DNA of 62,454 nucleotides, counting the filler, from Chiloscyllium plagiosum (lineage: Eukaryota): the NCBI RefSeq assembly GCF_004010195.1. It is 3 parts of one record of this genome, joined end to end, with 100 filler letters (N's around TTAATTAATTAA, not from the genome) between each part and the next. Parts side by side here need not be neighbours in the genome. Positions count along the whole stretch, not along the records: positions 44,785 to 62,454 come from NC_057710.1; 2 more parts are not named here. One strand, given 5' to 3'. The translations under genes were made by a program, and so were the position numbers. Positions 48,652-60,749 of this stretch are shown here, one piece after another. The notes below the pieces were generated by a model. That model worked only from the letters and a program-made list of their open reading frames with translations, was not told where the DNA came from and ran no database searches. Numbering within the stretch: the first letter of the stretch is position 1; each line of letters begins with the position of its first letter.

Positions 48652-49399
48652 TCCCTTAATACCTGCCAATATGACTCTTCTTTGGAGTTGACAATGATGA
48701 AACCTACCTCAAGTTTAAGGGTATGATCTCAGCTGTTTGTGTTGTCCTGTCCTGCCTGGCCACCTAATGGTTGCCTGGCTGAGTTCTTTCTGCTGGGTTT
48801 GATTTAGCCAGAATTGAAGCATGTTCGGCTTTTCTGATGTTCTTTTAAAATGGATTAAATGTGCAAGATTTAAGCAGCAATTATTGTTGAAATAGAGTTG
48901 TAAATTGCCCAGGTTGATACAATCAAAAGTTTCAAGAAGAACCATTAAATTCAAAGCAAAGGTGAATGTAATGTTTAGATATAAAGACAGAAGAAGGAAA
49001 CATGTAGGAATAAGCTTGATACTACAAAGTATCTATCATATGTAAATGTTTATTTTTTAAGAAGTTTGAGTTTAAATTAACCACATACTACTTTAAGAAT
49101 AATGTGTAGTGTGCAGTTGTTATACAGGAACATAGGAACAATTGAAGAATATTTGAACAGCTTGAATTTGTTCTGCTTTTCAATTAGATGATAATGGATC
49201 TGTACCTAAACTCAATTTGCCTGCTTTTTCTCACTTGATTCCTTATGTAACAAAAATCTGATCCTTGCAGCCAATTGCTCAGCGTTTGAGAGTTTAATCC
49301 CAGGAAGGCAAATTTTAGATCAAATTCAATTAAATCAAACCATTTGAGTTTTGGCACAGGAATAAGATGATCATGAAAACTAGTGAACTGTTGTAAAAA

Positions 49400-49670
49400 T
49401 TTGCAGTTATGTAGCACTTTTCATGATCATAGTATATCCCAAAGCCTTTACACCCAATGGAGTACTTTTAAAGTAGAGTTGCTGTTGGCAACTTATTCAC
49501 ACATAGCACGCTCCCACAATCTGGAATGTGAGCGTTTTTTGTGATGATGATCAAGGGAGCAGTGTTGGCTAGGATACCATTGATACTTGCTTTTCAAAAA
49601 TAATGCCATAAGATCTTATACGTCCAGTGGACAGGCAGGAGGTGTTATCTAACGGACAACACAGCTTTGC
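49400..49670 (-). mobile_element. Deu-domain SINE remnant
   Basis: Reverse match to the 22490 and 37205 copies. Confidence 0.62.
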
Positions 49671-49684
49671 GTTTTTGCACATTT

Positions 49685-50832
49685 AGGTTATCGATGAGGG
49701 TAGAGCTGTGGTTGCTCGCTACATGGATTTTAGTAAGGCTTTAGACAAGGTCCGTCATGGAAGGCTCATACAGAAGATTAAGATGCATGGGATCCACAGT
49801 GATTTGGCCACATGGATTCAGAATTGACTTGCCCATTGAAGGCAGAGGATAGTGGTGGAAGGGGGCTTTTCTGGCTGGAGGTCTTTGACTAGTGATATTC
49901 CGCAGGGATCAGTACTGGGACCTCTGCTGTTTGTGATATCTAGAAATGACTTGATGAAAAAGTAGATGGGTGGATTCGTAAGGTTGCAGATGATACAAAG
50001 ATTGGGGGAGCTGTGGATATTGTAGAAGATTGTCAAAGAATACAGCTGGAGAGAGATCAGTTGCAGACATGGGCAGAGAAATTGCAGATGGAGTTTCATC
50101 CAGGTAAGTGCAAGGTGCTGACTTTGGGAGATCCAATGTTAAGGAAAAATGAACAGTTAATAGCAAGACCCTGAACAGCATTGATATACAGAGGGATCTT
50201 GGGTTCAAATCCATAGCTCACTGAAAATGGCCACACAAGCAGATGGGGTGGTAAAGAAGGCTTTTGGTATACTTGCCTTTATTGTTCAGGGAATTGTGTA
50301 CAAGAGTAAGGATGCCATGTTGCAGCTGTATAAAACTTTTGTGAGGATACACTCAGTATTGCTTTCAATTCTCATCACCACATTACAGGAAGGATGTGGA
50401 GGGTGCAGAAGAGGTTTACCAAGATGCTGCCTGGATTAGAGGATATGAGCAAAAAGGAGAGACTAGTAAAATTCATGTTGTTTTCTCTGGAGTGGCAGAG
50501 GCTGAGGGGAGATGTGACAGAAATCTTTAAAATTTTGGGATGTCTAGATAAGGTTAACAGTCAGAATCCTTTTCTCAGTGGGAAAGTTCAAAGGAAATGT
50601 GAGATGAAAGCTTTTTACGCAGAGTGGTAGGAGTCTGGAATGCGCTGATAGGGGTGTTGGTGGAGGCAGATATGTTAGGGGACTTTTAGAAAAGTACGTG
50701 AATATGCAAGGGATGGATGCATATGGACCAAGGACAGGCAGAAGGGATCTGTTTAATTTGATGCATGTTCAGCACAAAATCATGGTCTGAAGGGTCCATT
50801 CCTATGCTGTATTGTTCTATGTTCTATGTTCT
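49685..50832 (+). mobile_element. 5'-truncated CR1 with (ATGTTCT)n tail
   Basis: [41 protein letters not shown]. Confidence 0.9.
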
Positions 50833-52167
50833 GTACCCAAGTCCTCGAGTGGCACATGAACCTCCTCATCAGAGTAATTGTGGCTTCTAGTAAAACACCT
50901 CTGTCAATGTGGTATTGTCTGAGTGTTCCCTGTGTATTGACCTTTGTAATATATACCACAAAGACTCAGTTCTTGTTGAAATATCTATCTTTGATAGTCT
51001 TGATAGTTATTAATAACACTAATTATTTTCTCTGCTGTAACGTCTCACAGTTAGCCATAGTTTGGATTCAGTTCTTACCGACGACATCGAGTGAAGATCC
51101 AGTGACTGGAAGCAGGATATTACTCTTACAATTGTTCCTGAAGGTGAAGAGGGCACCTTTATACTGGAACATCACATATTGTGACATCATCTACCTGTCT
51201 TCATGGTACACTGCATATCTGATCTGGGAATCAATGCAATGGTATGACTCAGAGTGCTATTAAGTGAACCACAGCTCAGAACTAAAATCCACAGACCTCT
51301 GAGTCCGCAAATCATATTTAACCGTTAATATCTTTTGTTGTCACCTAATGAACCATTTCTTTGTCTTCATGGCAACAAGGAATGATGAACCAATCGTATT
51401 CAATATCAGTTACATCCAAAGAACAAATTTTTAAAAATCTTTGTCTCAACAGTTTCAAACAAGTAAATAAAATTATACCTACCCAAATTGAATCAAACAC
51501 GAGGGGAAAAAAGATAAGACTTCTGAGTGATACTAAAATTAGGGCACGACATTGCTGATTCCAGGTATTTCAACAATAAAAGCAATCCAGGAAAACTGGA
51601 CACATTTTATCACCAAATCTCATCTCAGAGGCTAATTAGATCAATGCCACTCGATGAGCATTTTTGATTCCATCAATCTTATTAGCAATGCTTCTAAAGA
51701 AGTCCTCACTCAGTCTCAGCAGTAAATGCGATGTTGATGGTGGCATGAATATTGTGAGAACAATAACTCTGACTAATGTTGCTAAGCATCCAGTATCCAC
51801 TGCAGCACCTGCCGGTAGTTTATTGAGTGCAATTTGTGATGGTTCGTGTTCAGCCCACTCTCTCACTTGCTTTCAAAGTTTTCCACTTAAAGTTTTTTTT
51901 TAGCAACTACATTTTTGATTTTAGATGTTATTGTGGGTAAATCTACATCCTCCTGCATGGAAGAATACGCTGCTTGAGTGTTTCGTTTGAATTATGAGAG
52001 GAAGTGATCGAGGCTGGTACATTGCAACATTAAAAGGGCATCTGGATGGGTATATGAATACAAAGGGTTTAGAGGGATATGGGCCAAATGCTGTAAAATG
52101 GGACGAGATTAATGTAAAATATCTGTTTGGCATGGATGGGTTGGACCAAAGGGTCTGTTTCTGTGCT

Positions 52168-52894
52168 TGAAGAGAGAGATGGCATGGGGCAGGGTGACAC
52201 TAAGCACACGGACACACAAGATGGCTGCTAAGCCATCAGTTAGCCAATTTGACACACAAGATGGCCGTTGGATCACAAAATGGAGAGAAACAGCAGAGCA
52301 GATACTGACACTGCCTGGGGCCACCAGAATGCCACCATAATGCACTCACAACCCAGTTTAAGGCAGGTGGGGGAGAGACTACACATGATTAACGAACACT
52401 GCCCGCCGAAGTATCTGGGTCCAGCCAACACCTCTTATAGAAATGCTAACAGCTTGATACAGACTCAATATGAAATACTAATAGCCAGAGCTACAGTAAT
52501 CGTCCTTCTCAGGAAGAGTGATCCATTACTACAGCAATGGATTTCCGTGCAGTCATTGAAACTGACAATATCCACACTGAAACTGACAATGAACATGCAG
52601 AAATTAACAAAGGCTGCGCTGGAACTGACAAAGGCTGTGTAGAAACTATCACAGATTCTGCAATGATTGCCATAAACAAACCATGTTACGAAGACAATAA
52701 TCTCATCACTGACCTGTTGTAGCACAAGATGTATAAAGGTTTCTTGATATGTGCTCCGGTCGAGAGAAGACTCACAGCTGACCACAATGCTGTTGGTGTC
52801 TTTCTCTCCCCGGAGCTCCGACATTTCCTTGTGCAATAAACTCTGTCATTGAATCCCAATTCTGACTCCGAGACTAGTATGTTTACCCACAACA
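52168..52894 (+). mobile_element. Solo LTR (727 bp) inserted in a CR1 3' tail
   Basis: TG...CA termini; 5-bp TSD GTGCT/GTACT; TATAAA at 52732; AATAAA at 52835; the CR1 tail rejoins across it. Confidence 0.8.
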
Positions 52895-52973
52895 GTACTG
52901 TACATCTGTATGACTCTATGACTCCAAGATTAAATTAAAAATCGATCTCTTCCCTTGTGGGTAATTTTCTCCC

Positions 52974-53107
52974 AGGAGAAAGTGAGGTCTGCAGATGCTA
53001 GAGATCAGAGCTGAAAATGTTTTGCTGGAAAAGCGCAGCAGGTCAGGCAGCATCCAGGGAACAGGAGAATCGACGTTTCGGGCATAAGCCCTTCTTCAGG
53101 AATGAGG
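52974..53107 (-). mobile_element. PLE-derived short element with an intact hammerhead core (53068-53103)
   Basis: AUUC-CUGAAGA-A-GGGC-UUAU-GCCC-GAAA-CGUC-GAUU. Confidence 0.85.
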
Positions 53108-53129
53108 AAAATTTGTCCCGCAGGCTAAT

Positions 53130-53850
53130 GCTGTGGACTGCCTCCAATGCAGTATATCTTACCGTAGATAATGGGCTGAAACTATTCATAGTATTCCAGA
53201 AGTATTCTGACTGGTGCTTTTTATTGTTTTAATATGGCTTCTCAATTTTGATGCTCTATTCCCATTGAAATAAAGGTGAACATTCCCACTGCCTTCCCTA
53301 TGACCTGCTGAACCTGTGCTTTAGAGTTTTTGTGATTTATACACAAGGATCTTCAAATCCTTCTGGGTTGCAATCCTTCTCCATATCAATAATATTTATC
53401 TCCTTTATTTTTCCTATCAGGGTGCATAACCTTACATTTTCTATATTATATACCATTTGCCAAAGTTTTGCCACTCACATAACCTGTCTATATCACTCTG
53501 TAGACTCTATCCATCTTCCTCATTATTTATCTTCACAAGTTTTATCTCCCTTGCAAACTTGATGCTCATATGTTCACTTCCCCAATCTAAGTCATTAATA
53601 TATGTTGTAAATATATATGGCCCTGGAATTGATCCCTTTCACATTCCACTAGTGGCAGGTCACCAACCTGAAATGTCACTTTTATATCAAATCTTAGTCT
53701 CCATTAGTGAGCCAATCCTCTGCCCATGCCAAAATAATCCCCCAACACTACGGGCTTTCATCTTATTAAATAGGTTTTTGTGTGGTACCTAATCAAACAT
53801 TTTTTTGGGTATCCAGATAGACTACATCTCCTGGTTTCCCTTCATCAATT
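53130..53850 (-). mobile_element. Old CR1 RT fragment
   Basis: Reverse strand remnants of YLD.QK.FD.VPH, SGM..GS.PGP and KFA. Confidence 0.65.
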
Positions 53851-54589
53851 CTGCTGCTTTACTTTTCAGTTTATCAATGGTACTTCAGAGAAGAGTTCTA
53901 CATTATGAATCAAAGATTGATGTGGTCCTGGAGTCAACATAAGCCAGAATAGGCGAATGTCCTTCCCTGAAGGATGTTACTGAGTGAATTGAGGTTTTTA
54001 TGACCATTAGATATAGAAGCAGAAGTAGGCCATTCAGCCTATTGAGTCTACTCTGCTGTTCAAAGAGATTGTGGTTCCTCTGACTATCCTCAAATCCACT
54101 TTCCTGCCTTTTCCCTATAAGAGTATTAGAACAGATGTCAATTCAGTAATGTTGCAGTTACTCAGTCAAACCTTTGTGTTTTTCAGATTCAAATGCCCAA
54201 GCTGTCATCATGTCATTCAAACTAATTTCCTAATGTTGATAATCTGGTGTCACAAACAACAAATGGCAAATGGGATCAATGTGTCATATCCATTCAGTCC
54301 TCACATCCTGACATTGTAATGAATGTAATGTGACATATATTAGGGTAGAACAGAGTATCTGGCTTTAATAATCCACAGTTCCTGTTATCACTGCTTTTGA
54401 AAAGATTATTGAATGAAATTGATGAGAAGAGAAGTTAATTATTATTGTTGTTATCGTGGAAAAAAGCATGTTTTGTCCAAATTTTTTATCTTGTACTCAT
54501 CAGGACAGTTTGCAAGAACATCATTGGAAGGGGACTAAGCATTGATACAAGAGTGCTGATCATTAGCAAGTGGACTGTGATTAGTAAAG

Positions 54590-54725
54590 GGTGATAAATT
54601 AGATTGATAGATTAGGTAGATGAATCAGATAGACAGATAGATGGACAGTGAGGGAGATAGAGAGATAAAGATAGATATGGCAATAGAGATAGACAGAGGG
54701 GTACAGAGATAAAGATTGATAAATC
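54590..54725 (+). repeat. Degenerate (GATA/GACA)n tract
   Basis: Directly visible. Confidence 0.75.
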
Positions 54726-55149
54726 GTGTTAAATGGGAAATGAAAACTTTTGACAAACTACGTTTCATCTGTGGTACACAGTTTCTTGTACTTCCAAATG
54801 CCTATTTATTTAAAGAGAAGTTTTGACACTGTTGGAATTATTTCTCTGTAACCAATCTTGATTTGTTTTCAGTAAATCAGCTGGAAAATGGACAAGTCAG
54901 CAATCCCTTCCAGAATACATCATTAACAATCCACCCACTTCTTTGTACCTCATTTTTATTTCAAGGTATCGCTGGCCTCATTATCTCTGCATTGCCAGCA
55001 ATTGCTGCAGTTTTTTTTAATCAATATACGCTCATAGCTTGATGCTGATGCTGGGAAAAATTGTGCAAAACACACCACTAACTACCATGAAATTATTTTG
55101 TTTTTGTGGCCGTGCCTTTCTCAATGCCCATTTCAGTGCAGTCACTATC

Positions 55150-55455
55150 ATTACACGGGAAAGCTATGCAGCCATTTTTCACAGAGCAAGCTCTAGCACA
55201 GTGTATTAAGATAAAGAAAAGATCCAGTTGCAAATTATTTTTTGTCAAAAGAGGGACATTATATTGGTCAGTACATGAGGAGAACCCATTTGCTCTTCTT
55301 CCTGAGATGGTAAATATTTGACCCAAGAGTGGGTGCTCAGTCAATATGTTATCTAAATGACTTTCAACAATGTAGTGCTCCATTGATGTTAGCACTGGAA
55401 CATGCTAACCTAAGTCTCTGGAAGTCAGAATTGAACAAAGAACCTACTGGCTTAA
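55150..55455 (-). mobile_element. Deu-domain SINE remnant
   Basis: ATATTGGTCAG.ACA..GGAGAAC.C..TGCTCTTCTTC, reverse of the Deu core. Confidence 0.55.
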
Positions 55456-55574
55456 GGAAGGTTACTCTTCGCCTACCATGGATGACCATGGTCTGAGGAA
55501 GTCGTGACATATGGTAATGTAATTGGCGTAATGATTCTGAACAGCAGGCTAATTTTCGGGTAAGATGGGTTCAA

Positions 55575-55900
55575 TTAGATTAGAGACTAGATTAGACTAT
55601 TTAGACTATTTACAGTGTGGAAACAGGCCCTTCGGCCCAACAAGTTCACACCGACGCGCAACCCACCCATACCCCTACATTTACCCCTTTAACCTAACAC
55701 TACGGGCAATTTAGCATGGCCAATTCACCTGACCCGCACATCTTTGGACTGTGGGAGGAAACTGGAGCACCCGGAGGAAACCCACGCAGACACGGGGAGA
55801 ATGTGCAAACTCCACACAGTCAGTTGCCTGAGTCGGGAATTGAACCCGGGTCTCTGGCGCTGCGAGGCAGCAGTGCTAACCACTGTGCCACCGTGTCGCC
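55575..55900 (-). mobile_element. HE1 SINE, full length, young
   Basis: A box TGGCACAGTGG, B box GGTTCAATTCC, V-domain, (TCTAA)n tail. Confidence 0.92.
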
Positions 55901-55904
55901 CACA

Positions 55905-56195
55905 TATAGATGGTGACATCTTAGAAAAATGTCCATATTACAGAGGAGGAGGTGCTGGATGTGTTGAAACACACAAAAGGTGGATAAATCCCCAGGACCT
56001 GATCTCTGTTCACAAGAACTCTGTGGGAAGCAAGGGAAATGATTGCTGGGTCCCTTGCTGAGCTTTTTGTATCATCGATAGTCACAGATGAGGTGCTGGA
56101 AGACTGAAGGTTGGCTAACATGGTGCCACTGTTTAAGAAAGGTGGTAAGGACAAGCCAAGAAATTATAGTCCGTGCTATACATCTCTATGACTCT
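55905..56195 (+). mobile_element. Internally deleted CR1 fragment
   Basis: LWEAREMIAG.LAE.F.SS..ED.RLANMVPLFKKG..NY joined to the CR1 tail. Confidence 0.8.
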
Positions 56196-56795
56196 AAATG
56201 TTAGAAGAATTAGGAATGCAATACATATACTGCACACATAAATTAGAAATAAGTGGTAAAGTCCAAAAGAGATAAAAGTTAAGGAAACAGATTTATGGAC
56301 CAGTCTCTGAAGCTTTAGCTCAGAGCAGTTGTAATATCGTGGTTATTGCAGTGGAGGTTACTGGTACCACTGGCATTGAAAATTGATTGGTTGAGATTCT
56401 GTAGTTCAGATTATTTTTGAACATGAATGAATTCCAGCTTTTGGAGAGAATCCTTTTGGTGTCCTGTTTCCTTTTGTCTAGTTTCCAGCATTTGGAGTGG
56501 GAGAAGGTATTTATCTACAATACAGATAATCTATTGACTGACTTTAACAGAACATTCACACTTACATGCAGGCAGGTACCTGACAGCACTCAGTCCTGCT
56601 AGCGCACTCTCGTACAGTTGAAATTGGCTTTTTAATCCTTGTCCTTACATGTTCTTCCAAGAGAAAAACACAAGTGTATGTGTTGTTTTGACATACTCCT
56701 TACTGTTGAGCAAGGAGCCATCAGCCCGTTATTGTTTTTGTAATCATAAGAGATCACGTTCCAAATTCTTTGACATTTTAGATGTTAACTGCATT

Positions 56796-56797
<2 letters not shown>

Positions 56798-56834
<37 letters not shown>

Positions 56835-56843
56835 CTCTCTCTC
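56798..56843 (+). repeat. (CT)n microsatellite
   Basis: Directly visible. Confidence 0.95.
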
Positions 56844-57090
56844 CAGAGACCCACTTAATTTACATCTGCAGACAATTTTGGCTGTATCAGCCTCTTTAAA
56901 ATACACATTTTGGAATTACGAGATAAAAGTGACTACAATACTTTTGGATTTTGTCCCATTACCATAACATCAATATAACTTTTGCAAATGCATTTGTTCG
57001 TGCTGGTATTGGGGTGGATGACAACACAATCCTTGTCATCCAAGTTTTACACAGAGGTTCCCCTCCATCACACTGTATAATGCTTACACT

Positions 57091-57408
57091 GGGTGGCACG
57101 GTGGCACAGTGGTTAGCACTGCTGCCTCATAGTGCCAGAGACCCGGGTTCAATTCCCGCCTCAGGCAACTGACTGTGTGGAGTTTGCACATTCTCCCCGT
57201 GTCTGCGTGGGTTTCCTCCGGGTGCTCCGGTTTCCTCCCACAGTCCAAAGATGTGCAGGGTCAGGTGAATTGGCCATGCTAAATTGCCCATAGTGTTAGG
57301 TAGGGGGTAAATGTAGGGGTATGGGTGGGTTGCGCTTCGGCGGGTCGGTGTGGACTTGTTGGGCCGAAGGGCCTGTTTCCACACTGTAAGTAATCTAATC
57401 TAATCTAA
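57091..57408 (+). mobile_element. HE1 SINE, full length, young
   Basis: A and B boxes, V-domain, (TAATC)n tail. Confidence 0.93.
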
Positions 57409-59511
57409 ATGATAGATTCAAAACAGATCTAGTGGCTTAAAATTGGGCATCCATGAGGAACCATAGATATTTAGGAAGAGTGATCTATTGCTGATTGACC
57501 ATAATAAGACCATAAGACATAGGAACAGAAATTAGGCCGTTTGGCCGGTGTCCCACAGATGTTCTCTGAAGCGATTTGCAAGTTGGCGTACTGTCTCTTT
57601 GACCTCGAGGAGACTACATCATGTGCAATGGCTACATTGGATGACATTTCTACTGTCATCTACTGCAGAGTCTTCATCAAACCCAGTACTGCTAATGCTG
57701 CAGCCACCACTTTCCAGAAAGTAAGTTAATGGAAAATAAAACCTAAAAACAAACTAAAACTAGAAAAAAAAAAGAAAAAAGAAAAAAATAGAAGGAATGT
57801 GGATGTAGTGGATGAGTTTACTCCACTGTATATGTCAGGAACAGCTTTAGATTTATCATTTTATTTCAATTGCTGTTAGGTCAAACATCTGGAACTAACT
57901 TTTTAACTGTGAGGATATTTGCACAATACAAGTTTGTTCTCAAGGGCAATTGGGGAGAGTCAACAAATGCTGGCCTTTTCAGTGACACATACATCCCAAG
58001 AATAAACAAGCAAACAAAATGCTTATTGTAAGGCAGATGGCATATAATTCCATGTAGTTCTATCTCAAGATACTCACAAATCGTGGTTCACTGCAGTTCA
58101 AAGCTTTTAGATGTGTATAAAATATTCTTTGAGGCATAACAGTTTGGTCAGAAGGGAAAGATTTACAAAGTTAATACATAGTGAAAGAGGACAGACTCAA
58201 AAAAAAACCTCTTTATGCTGAGCAATTTTTATTGCTTTGTAACCATCAGTGGTGAAATAATAATCATCAAAGTCTGGACAGTTCATAATAAAAGCAAACC
58301 ACTTTTAATTCAGTTGTCTGAGGCACATTTCCAGTTTCTTTTGATTACTTTTCAAAATAAAACATTCTGAAATCCTCAGATGTTGAGGGTATGTTTAGCC
58401 AAGCTTTGCAAGATTGCTCTGGTGTCTCCAAGATTTGAGGGGTCAGTTAGCTTAGACACCTCACTCATGATGCAGAGTGATGGATTCAGTGTGGGTTCAC
58501 TTCCTGCAGTTTACCATGAAGGTCTCTCCCTCTAAATCTTTCCCTTCACCTAAGATATGGTGACCCTCAGATAAAACCACCATCTGTCATCTCACTTTGA
58601 CCAGCCCTATGGTCTGGGAACACTGTGGCTTTACCTTTTTTTTAACCATGAATTCCCTTGACACTGCCTCTTTGTGACCCTGGAGAAAAATAACTGGACA
58701 TGAATACTAAAGTGTTGCTTTTCATTTATTTGTGAGAACTTCTGTACTGAAAGGAGTTTACAAAGGCTGTTGAACTGACCGTCAAAAATCATCCAGAGAT
58801 TTAAAAATAATTTTTGAATTGGTTATGGGAGAACATCTTGTTGTAAAGTGAAGAGTGGGTCAATGTACCTTGACCAACCTTGAACAGTCTGCAGCAATCC
58901 TTTTTTAACTCAGGCACATTATATGGTGAGATACGCAAAGGAGTCAGGGACAGGTCTAACACAACTTTACTGAATGCTTAATGAAGAAAAAAAAATCAAT
59001 ACTTATCAGACTCTACTATTGCACTTTCATCAAACTCTATCAAACTCTATAAATCTCTTAACAGGACTCTTCAGTAAACAGTCTGAAATTTTTATCTACT
59101 TCTGACACATTCTGCTGAGGGCTTGCTACACATGATCCACAGGTCCATACACTTTACCTGAACTGTTTGAAAGGAGTGTCAATACCAATCCAATAATTTT
59201 GGGACAGACTGTTCCTCTATCTCGGAAGGTTGGCCAAATTTTCAGGATCTGCAGTGATCGATCTGGACTTCCCCTCATATTTAGGCCTACTTCTGACCTT
59301 TTGGTTACCTCACCGAAGGTGGTCTTTTGAGTCTGGGTCAGTCTGATAATGCTCACCACAAGTTACAAGTAGCAGGAGATTCTGTACAGCTCAGGTGCCA
59401 GTCAAAGGTACCCTCTGGAGACACCATTGAAGAAGGCACCAAAGCAGTAGTTGACCCTTTATCCACTTCTTTGATCCTTCTCAAAGATTCTGCGGTCTGT
59501 GTCTAATTATT

Positions 59512-60655
59512 ATACAAAATGCGGAGGAATGGGATTGTGGGAGACATAGCAGTTTGGATCAGTAATTGGCTTGCTGAAAGAAAACAGAGGGTTGTAGTTG
59601 ATGGAACGTGTTCATCTTGGTGTCCAGTTACTAGCGGGTGTACCGCAAGGGTCGGTGTTGGGTCCATTGCTGTTCATCATTTTTATAAATGACCTGGATG
59701 AGGTCGTAGAAGGGTAGGCCTGGATTAGGTCGTAGAAGGGTAGGTTAGAAAATTTGCGGATGACACTAAGGTCGGTGGAGTTGTGAATAGAGACGAAGGA
59801 TGTAGTGGGTTACAGAGAGACATAGATAGGACGCAGAGCTGGGCTGAGATGTGGCAAATGGAGTTTAATGTGGACAAGTTTGAGGTGATACACTTTGGAT
59901 GGAGTAACCGGAATGCAAAGTATTGAGCTAATGGTAAGATTCTTGGGAGTGCAGATGAGCAGAGAGATCTCGGTATCCAGGTACACAGATCCCTGAAAGT
60001 TGCCACCTAGATTGACAGGGTTGTTAAGAAGGCATACATTGTTTTGGCCTTTATTTAAAGAGGGATTGAGTTTCGGAACCAGGAGGTTATGCTGCAGCTG
60101 TACAAAGCTCTGGTACGGCCACACTTGGAGTATTGTGTACAGTTCTGGTCACCGCATTATATGAAGAATGTGGAAGCTTTGGAAAGGGTTCAGATAGATT
60201 TACTAGGATGTTGCCTGGTATGGAGGGAAGGTCTTATGAGGAAAGGCTGAGGGACTTGAGGCTGTTTTCATTGGAGAGAAGAAGGTTGAGAGGTGACTTA
60301 ATAGAGACATACAAGATAATCACAGGGTTAGATAGGGTGGGCAGGGGGAGCCTTTTTCCAAGTATGGGGACGGCAAATACGAGGGGACACAACTTTAAAG
60401 TGAGGGGAGATAGGTATAAGACAGACGTCAGAGGTAGTTTCTTTACTCAGAGAGTAGTAAGGGTATGGAATGCTTTGCCTGCAACGATAATAGATTCGCC
60501 AAGTTTAAGTGCATTTAAGTCGTCATTGGACAGGCATATGGACGTACATGGAATAGTGTCGGTGGGGTGGGCTTCAGATTAGTATGACAGGGCAGTGCAA
60601 CATCGAGGGCCGAATGGCCTGTACTGAGCTGTAATGTTCTATGTTCTATGGTCTA
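59512..60655 (+). mobile_element. 5'-truncated CR1 with a 26-bp internal duplication
   Basis: [32 protein letters not shown]; duplication 59693-59718 / 59719-59744. Confidence 0.92.
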
Positions 60656-60749
60656 ATGTCAGTCGAAAGGCGATAGGAGCAATGTGCTGCTTGATGGTAT
60701 TCTCGACCTTGACTTAATCTTTCCAAACTCATTGGCATGGGATTCTGGA

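Noticed and set aside
51079..51137. Minus-strand exon or antigen-receptor J-like segment (..TGSSLDVV|gtaag)
   Set aside because: No F/W-G-x-G motif and no recombination signal sequence; an exon is unsupported without transcript data
52268..52892. Overlapping ORFs of 61-124 aa
   Set aside because: They lie inside a solo LTR
57091..57165. tRNA-like sequence
   Set aside because: SINE head, not a tRNA gene; the same applies to the other SINE copies
58880..59510. Possible further LTR remnant
   Set aside because: No termini or TSD could be defined
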